Virus record (IMG/VR): IMGVR_UViG_3300010882_000013
Coordinates: 1,164-65,163 of that record
DNA from: a virus
Lineage: Duplodnaviria > Caudoviricetes
Direction: 5' to 3' (one strand)
DNA length: 64,000 nucleotides
Part shown: positions 55,312-64,000 of the stretch, in pieces
How the letters are laid out: every line of letters begins with the position of its first letter
Numbering within the stretch: the stretch's first letter is position 1
Notes under the pieces: generated by a model
Told to the model about the DNA's origin: nothing
Databases searched by the model: none
Seen by the model: only the letters and a program-made list of their open reading frames with translations
Program-made: the position numbers and the translations under genes

Positions 55312-57077
55312 TCTGGTATTGCCGCCTGTGACCCAATATCACTAGATCCTCCCCCACTATCCGTAGGAGATGACCCCACATCACTAGGAGAAGATGGCTC
55401 TGTTCCTTGTCCAATAGGCTGAACTAAAAACACAACACCATGCCTCATATCCTCTACATACAACATAATAAGTAATTCAATAAGCCTATCAAGCTCTTCA
55501 CATGGAGAGTCATCTATAGATTTTAATTGAACAAGCCTCAAGGCTGCGGTCTGCCGGAGTATAGTAGGATCAAGAGTAAAATCAACATCAAAATAATCTT
55601 TAGCTCCACGCATTACCTCAATAATGAACTTCTCAATCTGCATTTTACCATAGTCAGGATCAGTAGGATCACTTCCTACACCAGAAGTAGCATCATTATC
55701 GTGCACAGGAAGAATATTAATATATGCCTCATTACAAAGCTTATAAATATTACCCCAATGTAATGTTTCGTCTGTCTTAACAACAGATTGAAACTTAATA
55801 TACATCAAAATAATCGTTCTAATGAACTCCGCAAGAGATGTAAGCTGTGATTGAAACCCTGCGTCATGTATTTGATTAATAGCAATAACTGTAGCAGCAG
55901 ATCTAAGATTATCTAAGTCCAAACTCATCTGTTGTACACCCGCTAATTCAAACATTTGCCCTTTTAATGCCTCTACTTCGGCATTTAACTGTGGATCAAG
56001 AGGTGTTGGCTGCAATACTGTCATCAATTCAGCAGGATCACGCCCTGTATCCATGAATAAACACTCACCTGCACCATTAGAAAGCTGCTTTACAACCACC
56101 TCCGAGTCCCTATTAAACACCGGAACAGGCCCTTTATAGTTGATTAAAAGCTGTGTTTTCTTCGCCAAAAGCTTATTCATAGCCCTTTGAATAGGGTATA
56201 AAACGTCAAATAATGACGCTGCTGTCGTCTTTCGTACCCCTAAATCCCATGAATATGTAGCTAAAAGTACCTCATCGAATGGATAATCAGTCTCCGGCCC
56301 CATATCTGACCCTATTGTAACATACTTTTTATGCCTAAAACAATCAATATACAGCCGTAAATCAACTCTTTGACGCTGATTACCTATCTTTTTCACCCTT
56401 TCATCATCAAAACCATCCAAATAAGGCCCTAAAGCACTCACTGGAAAGGCAAAATCACGTATCATTGCACGTTTTATATGCCCTTCACTGAATTCTGCCT
56501 CATATGTACCGAGTTCCCAATCAGTAACCTTACGTATTTCACCACTCCAAGGGTCTATAAACACATGAGCAAAGCATAAAATAGCCGCATCATGAAAAGA
56601 TTCAATCCCAATACGATTAACATTGTTCTTCCTCACTATAGATTTCAATACACGCTCTATTTCATCCTTATAAATCGTATATAAAGCAGTCGGAACGTCA
56701 GCGACAAGACGATAATCGAAGCTCGTATTTCCGATTCTAGCCACAACTACATCAATTACTCCCTTTAAGTAGTTAGCTGACATGCCTGTACCTGTATCTG
56801 TACGCTCTTGATCCTGTAAAGTGAATGGAACAGTGTTATATGACGACCTAGACCAATCATAATCCTTCAATGAAGGGAATAGCTTATTATAAAAGGCACA
56901 TATTTTAAGATATTCCTTAGTATATTTGTCCTCGATGAGTGATGTAAGCTTAAAAAAGTCAGATCTAATGCCTTCCGGCACCTGCATATTGTCTCCGTAC
57001 TCGCTCTGACGTACTGGATACTGCGCCGGAACATAAAAACCAGAGACATTATCCTTTACAAAGTTAATTTTAGGCAT
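55308..57077 (-). CDS. portal protein
   Basis: 589 aa; helical; first large gene after the terminase cluster; GGTGG SD. Confidence 0.65.
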   Translation of the reverse strand: MPKINFVKDNVSGFYVPAQYPVRQSEYGDNMQVPEGIRSDFFKLTSLIEDKYTKEYLKICAFYNKLFPSLKDYDWSRSSYNTVPFTLQDQERTDTGTGMSANYLKGVIDVVVARIGNTSFDYRLVADVPTALYTIYKDEIERVLKSIVRKNNVNRIGIESFHDAAILCFAHVFIDPWSGEIRKVTDWELGTYEAEFSEGHIKRAMIRDFAFPVSALGPYLDGFDDERVKKIGNQRQRVDLRLYIDCFRHKKYVTIGSDMGPETDYPFDEVLLATYSWDLGVRKTTAASLFDVLYPIQRAMNKLLAKKTQLLINYKGPVPVFNRDSEVVVKQLSNGAGECLFMDTGRDPAELMTVLQPTPLDPQLNAEVEALKGQMFELAGVQQMSLDLDNLRSAATVIAINQIHDAGFQSQLTSLAEFIRTIILMYIKFQSVVKTDETLHWGNIYKLCNEAYINILPVHDNDATSGVGSDPTDPDYGKMQIEKFIIEVMRGAKDYFDVDFTLDPTILRQTAALRLVQLKSIDDSPCEELDRLIELLIMLYVEDMRHGVVFLVQPIGQGTEPSSPSDVGSSPTDSGGGSSDIGSQAAIPE

Positions 57078-57087
57078 CTATAACCAC

Positions 57088-57540
57088 CTATTTCCATAAT
57101 GCAGTCACACAAAACGAACATGCCGCCGCTACGCCAGACATATTATATGTAAATATCTCAATCGTACTAGAACTACTAGGATATACATTTATAATCATAG
57201 GATAACCGGAAGGAGCAATAGCAGAAGCAGTAATTATTACAGATCCTGCATTAATTGTGCCAGTTTGCAACTGATAATGTCCTGCTGCCATCCCATAAAC
57301 ATTCACAACAAACGGATTTACATTACCCGCTATCGTATTTAACGTTCCACCTGCATTAATCAACATAGCGCACATATTAGGAGCATCAGTAATATCAGTC
57401 CAACTAGGAGGTGCAGACGATCCTCCTAATCCACCCTCTAATAATTTACGTAGCGCAGTAGATACTTGATTAAACGGTGTCCCTTCACCTTGATTAATCA
57501 ATGCTAATAACTGTGACATCAGGTTAAAATCACCAGCCAT
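57088..57540 (-). CDS. virion-associated hypothetical protein
   Basis: PPSWTDIT fibre-like motif; beta-rich C-terminus. Confidence 0.5.
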   Translation of the reverse strand: MAGDFNLMSQLLALINQGEGTPFNQVSTALRKLLEGGLGGSSAPPSWTDITDAPNMCAMLINAGGTLNTIAGNVNPFVVNVYGMAAGHYQLQTGTINAGSVIITASAIAPSGYPMIINVYPSSSSTIEIFTYNMSGVAAACSFCVTALWK

Positions 57541-57542
57541 TA

Positions 57543-57815
57543 TTATTTTCCACCACTCTGTTTAATAAGATCCGCAAGTAATGGCCCACTACCAGCAATC
57601 ACACCTTGCGTAGCAATAAGCGCAGTAATTAAGGGCATTGCGGACAACCAAGAAGTAAGACGATCAGTAGGAAAAGCAATAGTACCAACGAATGTATATA
57701 AGATAACAATCGCTACCTCCAATACCCACGCTACTTGGAGTAGCCACAACGAAAATCCCTTCTTCTTTTTATCTACAGCAATAGGTAGTACCTCTGTAGC
57801 ATCCTCATCTGCCAT
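57543..57815 (-). CDS. two-TM membrane protein (holin candidate)
   Basis: basic N-terminus and two hydrophobic helices. Confidence 0.5.
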   Translation of the reverse strand: MADEDATEVLPIAVDKKKKGFSLWLLQVAWVLEVAIVILYTFVGTIAFPTDRLTSWLSAMPLITALIATQGVIAGSGPLLADLIKQSGGK

Positions 57816-58435
57816 TACTTATCCTTTAAGAGAACCTCTCCCTTAATCAACCAACCAATACCGAAGGCCCATAACGCAACAGTCTCACCAAGATACACGA
57901 GCCAACCAATACCGAGCAGTGCAGAAAGACCAAATCCTACGATTAGAGCACCTGCCATTGTACATCCACATACAATGTAGATTATATTACGTAGCCATTT
58001 ACGTAATCCCTTCTCAACAGGCGTAGCTGACTTCGTAAATTGGAATATCATAATCCAGCACAAGCAGCCAAAAAATGCAGCAGCGCCCAATAAATGCACA
58101 ATGTTCGTGAACCACATAGGTAACATCAACCAGTTATGCACTGTATCACCATACTTACATGGGAATAGCACAAGCGCAATGCCTCCAACTCCAGCCGCCA
58201 TCGAAAGAGTCGCATCTTTTACGTCATACCCTTTATAACAAATAAGAAATATACCTGTCGCAAATACAAGTCCTACGAACAACGCCGATGAGTTCATGTA
58301 ATACGTAGATGATATAGATGGAAGTAACCATCCATTCCTACCAAATACTGCCGCACTTATCCAGTCTACAATTGGAAGTAAGATACCCATCACACCGAGA
58401 GCTTGACGCTGCCTGAGCATATCTTTATTCATCAT
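57815..58435 (-). CDS. multi-pass membrane protein (DUF998-like)
   Basis: about six hydrophobic segments; SISSTYY and VHLLGAAAFF motifs. Confidence 0.6.
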   Translation of the reverse strand: MMNKDMLRQRQALGVMGILLPIVDWISAAVFGRNGWLLPSISSTYYMNSSALFVGLVFATGIFLICYKGYDVKDATLSMAAGVGGIALVLFPCKYGDTVHNWLMLPMWFTNIVHLLGAAAFFGCLCWIMIFQFTKSATPVEKGLRKWLRNIIYIVCGCTMAGALIVGFGLSALLGIGWLVYLGETVALWAFGIGWLIKGEVLLKDK

Positions 58436-58554
58436 TTCCCCTTATAGCCAGACGCATATATCGCTCTAGCTTGTTTTTGTGCCTTCTTCTTCGATTTATA
58501 TACCTTACCATGCTTGCCCCATTTCCAACCGCCCTTAACCTTATGCACAGGCAT
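58432..58554 (-). CDS. 40-aa highly basic peptide absent from the ORF track
   Basis: MPVHKVKGGWKWGKHGKVYKSKKKAQKQARAIYASGYKGK; GGAGG SD; ATGA overlap. Confidence 0.65.
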   Translation of the reverse strand: MPVHKVKGGWKWGKHGKVYKSKKKAQKQARAIYASGYKGK

Positions 58555-58557
58555 ATG

Positions 58558-58833
58558 TTAATCCTCCGGTTCTTCAATATCTTCTGTCGGTGCTTCTGTG
58601 CAAGCTACATATGTTTGAAGAAGCTCCCATACTTCACCCGGAGTATATTTCATATACCCATCTTTGACAGTTCCAGCACTCATAACCACTGTCTTCATAC
58701 GCTCATACGTAGCGTCTTTAAGAGCAGCGATCTCTGTATCCGACATCTTTGTCCGTACACCACGACCATGTGTATCAAATGGAGCGACTTCCTTATAAAT
58801 AGGATCAAAGAAAAATGATTGCAAGTTACTCAT
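58558..58833 (-). CDS. hypothetical protein
   Basis: GAGGAG SD. Confidence 0.55.
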   Translation of the reverse strand: MSNLQSFFFDPIYKEVAPFDTHGRGVRTKMSDTEIAALKDATYERMKTVVMSAGTVKDGYMKYTPGEVWELLQTYVACTEAPTEDIEEPED

Positions 58834-58857
58834 ACATTAAACTCCTCGTTAATAAAA

Positions 58858-59076
58858 TTAAATTTTCCCAAAATCAGAAGGACTCCCATGCAGACTCGTG
58901 TCTTCCGGTTCTTCCTCAACAAGCCTATTACGCCGAATTAATTCATCAACTACCTGTGACACAGAGTTATGCCCCATGCCCTTTGGAAGTAGCTGACCCG
59001 TAGATGACGTAGTTAAAGTAACAAACCTGTTTTCTAACTCCGTATCACTCAACGATCTGATACCTAACATATACAT
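58858..59076 (-). CDS. hypothetical protein
   Basis: AGGAG SD. Confidence 0.5.
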   Translation of the reverse strand: MYMLGIRSLSDTELENRFVTLTTSSTGQLLPKGMGHNSVSQVVDELIRRNRLVEEEPEDTSLHGSPSDFGKI

Positions 59077-59079
59077 CTC

Positions 59080-59388
59080 CTATAATATACCTTGAATCTC
59101 TGCTTGATCAAGCACATCTTCAAGAGTTATATTCCCTGCTAACACATCAAGCTGCTGATCCTTTTTAGCAAGATCCTGTGTCATAGGTATATCTGCTCGA
59201 ATCACAAGCTCTTGCCCATTCTTATTCTTTAACGTCATCTGAACGTTCTGTTTCTTGTACTGCATCGCTTTATTAAGCAGGCCCATAAGAAACTCCAATG
59301 ACCATTCCTGATCTTTCAGTATCCTCATTGCCCGATGTATTTGCATTTTCTCATATTGTATATCAATTAATTGCCGAATCAACCCCAC
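59080..59388 (-). CDS. hypothetical protein
   Basis: ORF in a tight minus-strand run. Confidence 0.55.
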   Translation of the reverse strand: MGLIRQLIDIQYEKMQIHRAMRILKDQEWSLEFLMGLLNKAMQYKKQNVQMTLKNKNGQELVIRADIPMTQDLAKKDQQLDVLAGNITLEDVLDQAEIQGIL

Positions 59389-59389
59389 A

Positions 59390-59731
59390 TTAATCCTCCG
59401 TAGGCCCTATCGCAGCCAACTCATCATAATACTTTTGGAGCTCGACATCCTTCTTATCAATCTCTTTCCATTTATCCTCATCCCACTTACTCGCTTGTAA
59501 AAGCTGCCTCTCGATGATACACTGCTGTATATCATCCTCAATCTCTTTTTTATTATGCATTTTTCTAAGCTTATCAATGAGTGAAGCATATCCCTTATCC
59601 TTCTGTATCATCTCATAAATATCTTCCGTTATTTCATCACGAGTATCTGGAGACTTGGGCACCTTCTTTGGGAGCCAAAATGAAGAAAACTCATTCAATA
59701 ACTGCCTATCCGTTTGTTCTGTCCGGGCCAT
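59390..59731 (-). CDS. hypothetical protein
   Basis: AGGAG SD. Confidence 0.55.
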   Translation of the reverse strand: MARTEQTDRQLLNEFSSFWLPKKVPKSPDTRDEITEDIYEMIQKDKGYASLIDKLRKMHNKKEIEDDIQQCIIERQLLQASKWDEDKWKEIDKKDVELQKYYDELAAIGPTED

Positions 59732-59732
59732 A

Positions 59733-60407
59733 TTATTCTCCTATCATCTTCGCTGCACTAATCGCAGCATTTATAGTTTTAGGATCAATACCAGCAGCAC
59801 CAGTATCCTTACTATCACCACTCTTTACTTCACCAGCATGAGATATTTTCTCAAGTATAGTCGCAGGTATAGAAACTTCCGGTACAGGCACATCAGATGC
59901 AATACCAAGTAGCTTAGATAATTCGTCTTCGCTCATCCCGCCAGCATTTTTTGTTTCAGACCCTAGCTCGCCACTAGCATCAAGAGCAGATGTATCACTT
60001 GCTGGCATTGAATCACCCTGTGTGTCTCCAAGTACACCAAGTATATCCTTCATCTCCTCGGAAGAAATCTCAATATCATCTTTCTCTTTACCTGCACGAG
60101 CAGCCTCCATCTTATTGAATATATCAGTAAGATGCCCTGCGACAACTGCACGTATGAACTTATCAGAAAGAGCCTTGTCTCTTTGACCACCAATCTTACT
60201 ATGTATTGCTATCATAAGCTTCTTACGATAATCAGGATCGGTCATATCCGCCTTACCTGCTTCTTCTTTTGCAATCTCATCCACCTTCTCACCAGCAATT
60301 TGATCAGGCGTCTTTTTTGATTCTTCTTCCTTATTAGCATTGAGTATATCTTCACCACTCGGAGGTGTAAAGAACCCTGTTGAAGATTTCATAAACGGTA
60401 ACTTCAT
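59733..60407 (-). CDS. acidic hypothetical protein
   Basis: AGGAGG SD. Confidence 0.6.
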   Translation of the reverse strand: MKLPFMKSSTGFFTPPSGEDILNANKEEESKKTPDQIAGEKVDEIAKEEAGKADMTDPDYRKKLMIAIHSKIGGQRDKALSDKFIRAVVAGHLTDIFNKMEAARAGKEKDDIEISSEEMKDILGVLGDTQGDSMPASDTSALDASGELGSETKNAGGMSEDELSKLLGIASDVPVPEVSIPATILEKISHAGEVKSGDSKDTGAAGIDPKTINAAISAAKMIGE

Positions 60408-60415
60408 ATGTCCTC

Positions 60416-62272
60416 CTATTCGTTCCCATCTAATACTTCAAGCCCAACCGCAGGCCATAGTCCATATCTCATAGCCGGAAGCAGATCAGGATGAAAAGCT
60501 TTGTCATCAATCTCTATCATAAGATTCCCCTGTGGATCTCTCATCAACACTGTCATCTCACACTCTGCCGCTGTCAGCCCACCATCAGGTAATAACAAGT
60601 TACCCGTCCGAAGCAAATCTCTAATCTTATCCTGCATAATGATCTTATCTTGTTTATGAGCATTAGCTATCTGCATCCGTAGTTCAGGAAAATTATCAAG
60701 CTTAACATTATACGCAAGCTCCTGTGTAAGCTGTTGATCACTACTATCTGCTTCCCATGATATAAGCTTATTAGCCTCTTTTGCAGAAAGATGAAGCTTC
60801 GACATCATCCAATCAAGAGAATATCCCCACAGCGCTCTACATTCTTTCTTCAACTGTTGGAGCATCGTTATATTCTTATCGCACGTTAACCGATTAAACT
60901 TAGATTCGTAGAATACAAATCCTCGCCGCTCACTATCAGACCATGCAATACCATTGATTGCATTATTATCATCTACGCCATAATCAAGTCCAACAAGAAT
61001 CCGAGATACCATAATGGTAGGAACAAGCTCCTCTGTCCATGTATGATACTCTGGATATAATAAGGCATCTTCATCATATGCCCATTTGCCCCAATACTCA
61101 CGCTGCGCCCACGGTGACGTTTCATCAAGGCCCTTCTCACGAAGTTTCTCGGTAACAAACTCCAACGCACTAGGAACATATGGATTCTCGAACACTGTCC
61201 ACTCAAAGTGAGGAACATCAAGATTTGTCCAAACCTTCTCACCATATGTACCCTTAATCTTCGGAGGAGTCCCAACCAGCAAGAGCTTATAATCCTGTGC
61301 ATACGCAAGCTGCATAGGCTCAAGAACTTCTTGCTGCATGTATTCCAATAGATCAGACTTCAAATGGAAGAACTCATCAATGATAATTACTTTCGCATTA
61401 ATCCCACGGATAAGATCCGGATCTTTTGTATTCGACAACCCTCTTACGATAATCTCCGATCCATTCTCTAACCGCTTCCAATTCAACCTATTACCTTTAC
61501 TATCACGAAGATTACACTTCGTAATAATAAGGTTCATTGCTTTATCTAACAGACTCTCTGCCATCTGCATCGTCTCACCAATATACAAACATGTAGTATT
61601 AGTGTTACGTAACGCCTCTATAAGAAGCGTAGCAGCGCACATCTGTGTCTTACCAGCCTTACGTGAACAGCATACCATTACTGTCCCTGGCCCACAATTC
61701 AAGACCTGTAATTGCTTGTCAAACAACGTATGTACAATAAGGAACACACTACCAGCATTATTATAATCCAACTCTTGAGGTATTGCTTCTGGTATACGGC
61801 CCTCGACACGATCTATAATATACGTTGCAGCCTTCACATCCCCCTGCAATGCTTTATTATACAACGCTTCTATTATCCTATCTTTCCTAGCCTGATCACT
61901 CCGGCCTGTATTAATCATCAAATTAACAAGAGAAAGATCGTCTCTTGCGTTCTGCACCGACTTCTCAATAAGCCGCACAGTCTCCCTCGTAACCGTGCTG
62001 TTGCCAACACTCGTCGTTATCTCACCAGTGATCGCCGCCTGCTGAAGCACGCCCTCCCACGAAGCCACGATCCGTTGCCCATACCGCAATATCTCCGCAG
62101 GATTCTCCGAGACCCACTGCTGCAAAGTCACCCCACGCTTTGCTGCAATAGAATATAAGGAATCAAACGTATCCTCTATTACAGGATTTGGATCTTGGAT
62201 CTTGTCTACTCTATTAAGAAGAAATGACTTTAAGTCACGAGTAATATTTAGTACCGCAGTCGCGTCTTCCAC
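60416..62272 (-). CDS. terL: terminase large subunit with an N-terminal extension
   Basis: SRKAGKT Walker A; IIIDEF Walker B; VGTP; nuclease GLDYG..DNNA and FHPDLLPAMRY. Confidence 0.88.
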   Translation of the reverse strand: MEDATAVLNITRDLKSFLLNRVDKIQDPNPVIEDTFDSLYSIAAKRGVTLQQWVSENPAEILRYGQRIVASWEGVLQQAAITGEITTSVGNSTVTRETVRLIEKSVQNARDDLSLVNLMINTGRSDQARKDRIIEALYNKALQGDVKAATYIIDRVEGRIPEAIPQELDYNNAGSVFLIVHTLFDKQLQVLNCGPGTVMVCCSRKAGKTQMCAATLLIEALRNTNTTCLYIGETMQMAESLLDKAMNLIITKCNLRDSKGNRLNWKRLENGSEIIVRGLSNTKDPDLIRGINAKVIIIDEFFHLKSDLLEYMQQEVLEPMQLAYAQDYKLLLVGTPPKIKGTYGEKVWTNLDVPHFEWTVFENPYVPSALEFVTEKLREKGLDETSPWAQREYWGKWAYDEDALLYPEYHTWTEELVPTIMVSRILVGLDYGVDDNNAINGIAWSDSERRGFVFYESKFNRLTCDKNITMLQQLKKECRALWGYSLDWMMSKLHLSAKEANKLISWEADSSDQQLTQELAYNVKLDNFPELRMQIANAHKQDKIIMQDKIRDLLRTGNLLLPDGGLTAAECEMTVLMRDPQGNLMIEIDDKAFHPDLLPAMRYGLWPAVGLEVLDGNE

Positions 62273-62281
62273 CGTATACCT

Positions 62282-62818
62282 CTAATTAAAGAGTTGTCTA
62301 TTAATCTCTGCTATTATCTTATTGTAATATTCATTCTTGTCATCCATTACATGATCATAATGATCACGAACAACCGTCTGCCAGTCATCTTTATTGTCTA
62401 ATATTAAATCTTTAGCATACAGCGTAGCCCCACCATCACCACCGAGCTTAACATAATCATTGTATGCAATAAGCCGTTTTAGTATAGGTAGTTCTACTGT
62501 ATACAATAAGCCTAATAGCGTATCACGATAAAAATACGTATTCGTCCGAACAGTATCTTGAATCGCCTCTGACAGACTCGTCAGCTTCGACAAAATTTGA
62601 TCTTGCTCTACCTTTTGTTCTGCAAGAGCCTTATTCAATTTCTCATCAACAGATTGTTCTCGTATCGTATTCCTATGTATTCTCCTATTCAAAATTAACG
62701 TCACGAGCAATATTACTACAAGCGATAAGAACATGCCAATAATAAATACAAAATCAGCTAGTTCTAACGAACTGTTCATATTATCCCCAATGAATAATGC
62801 ATGTAACACACGAAACAC
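62282..62818 (-). CDS. membrane-anchored coiled-coil protein
   Basis: single TM (FVFIIGMFLSLVVILLVTLIL); YVKLGGDG motif. Confidence 0.55.
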   Translation of the reverse strand: MFRVLHALFIGDNMNSSLELADFVFIIGMFLSLVVILLVTLILNRRIHRNTIREQSVDEKLNKALAEQKVEQDQILSKLTSLSEAIQDTVRTNTYFYRDTLLGLLYTVELPILKRLIAYNDYVKLGGDGGATLYAKDLILDNKDDWQTVVRDHYDHVMDDKNEYYNKIIAEINRQLFN

Positions 62819-62830
62819 GATCCACCTCTT

Positions 62831-63448
62831 TTATATTATCTGTACAGACGGTATACCCTTGAATACATTCACTATATTCGGTACATCTGCTCTAAGCACC
62901 CTCAACCTCATCACAACATACTCATCCTTCGGTTGTTCAACAGGCTTTGCCTGTACCTCATTGACCTTGAACTTCACTCCTAACCTACTCACATCAATCT
63001 TAGGACAGTTCACGATAAATTGAGCAAGGCCCTTCTGCGTTATCTTGCCATATTGTGAAGACACTTGAAGAAGTGTATTCTTCGCTTCCTCCAACGTCTC
63101 CTCAACAATGGTTATATACGGATAGCTATCGGCTAATACCGAAGCATCCTTATGATCTGCTATCCAATGAATAGCAGCTATTCTCCCATGACCATCGAGC
63201 ACGTAGTTAGGCTGATCCTCGAACCACTTCTGCTCGTCTTCCAATGTAGCTGCACTCTGTTGTCGCAACTCATCCGGCCACGGCTTCTTCCATATATAGA
63301 AAGGAGCTTTCATCCCATCTTGCAGCAACGAACCTGCAAGGTTCTCTACGTCTTGTTCTGTACGCTTCTTCAAGTTACCCTGAAACGGAAGCAACTGCGT
63401 GAACGGAATCATATCCGCTATCTGACAGCTAAATTTTATAAGGCTCAT
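62831..63448 (-). CDS. ParB/Srx N-terminal-domain protein
   Basis: FQGNLK...SLLQDG...YVLDGHGRIAA. Confidence 0.8.
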   Translation of the reverse strand: MSLIKFSCQIADMIPFTQLLPFQGNLKKRTEQDVENLAGSLLQDGMKAPFYIWKKPWPDELRQQSAATLEDEQKWFEDQPNYVLDGHGRIAAIHWIADHKDASVLADSYPYITIVEETLEEAKNTLLQVSSQYGKITQKGLAQFIVNCPKIDVSRLGVKFKVNEVQAKPVEQPKDEYVVMRLRVLRADVPNIVNVFKGIPSVQII

Positions 63449-63464
63449 GTCCGATTATCCTCCA

Positions 63465-64000
63465 CTATTGATTTTCCCAATCTATACCTGCATCAACAAG
63501 TAATGATTTAAGTTTTTCATTCTCTTGCTTCACTTCATCTAGTTCTGCTTCTGCATCAAGTTGTGCATTATAGTAAGCATCAATAGAATTAGACGTAGCT
63601 GTTAGTCTTTTAGTAATAAGAGCGTTCTCATCAAGTAACGTATCAATAAGTTCTTGTTGCTTCTCAGGGCTATCCTGCATCTGTAGTAATGTATGCTTCG
63701 TAATATATGCTCCATGCTTACGAATAGATGGGAGCACTTCGGTGATCACCCATCGTTGAAACTTTAATGCCTCCTCTTTACGAGACTTAAAAATCAATGC
63801 ATATAGACCACATTCATTAATAGCGTAGGGTTTGCGACCCGGCAGACCTATATCGAACATATGTTTGTCACTCTCATCAAGGGAGTCTAAGGCTTGTGCT
63901 ACGTTCTGCACTCCTAGAACTCGGCATACATCTGCCGCGACAAACCACTCACTTCCATCTTTAGATAAGATTCGAACACCAAAACCATTAAAATTAAATA
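63465..64000 (-). CDS. Bro-N domain antirepressor-like protein (start lies beyond the window)
   Basis: WFVAADVCRVLG (read from 63901-63960), INECGLYALIFKSRKEEALKFQRWVITEVLPSIRKHGAY. Confidence 0.9.
   Translation of the reverse strand, partial: FNFNGFGVRILSKDGSEWFVAADVCRVLGVQNVAQALDSLDESDKHMFDIGLPGRKPYAINECGLYALIFKSRKEEALKFQRWVITEVLPSIRKHGAYITKHTLLQMQDSPEKQQELIDTLLDENALITKRLTATSNSIDAYYNAQLDAEAELDEVKQENEKLKSLLVDAGIDWENQ

Noticed and set aside
35167-62158. Plus-strand ORFs in the structural region (e.g. 35167..35595, 39625..40176, 41342..41797, 61338..61766)
   Set aside because: Antisense shadows of long minus-strand genes, with biased composition and no motifs.
1-64000. Stop-codon reassignment
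   Set aside because: Genes are intact and tightly packed under code 11, and all three stop codons terminate conserved proteins at plausible ends.

Overview
This 64 kb window looks like most of a tailed dsDNA phage genome with podovirus-like gene content and no tape-measure gene. The host may be a spirochaete (tentative). The + strand (1-26111) carries early, auxiliary and replication genes: an intein-containing SNF2 helicase, adenine MTase, ThyX, a helicase-primase fusion, PolA, HD hydrolase, XRE regulator and SSB. The - strand (26056-64000) carries Bro-N, ParB, terminase, portal, a 2.25k-aa tail protein, ejection-like proteins, scaffold, major capsid protein, a collagen-like fibre, a 7-gene modification cassette and lysis genes. 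The most striking element is 7899-10438. Here a gap-free array of structured RNAs sits directly upstream of a Ro60/TROVE gene that is translationally coupled to a HAD phosphatase. The array holds four copies of one conserved stem/bulge/TTACTTC module. One copy is circularly permuted and replaces the anticodon loop of an otherwise canonical tRNA. Other highlights are a split-looking peptidase-S74 system (SDxRxK motifs on several virion proteins), a glycosyltransferase/radical-SAM/FkbM cassette after the tail fibre, a dual-coded spanin-like gene pair and a repeated promoter-operator. All calls come from reading motifs by eye; no database searches were run.
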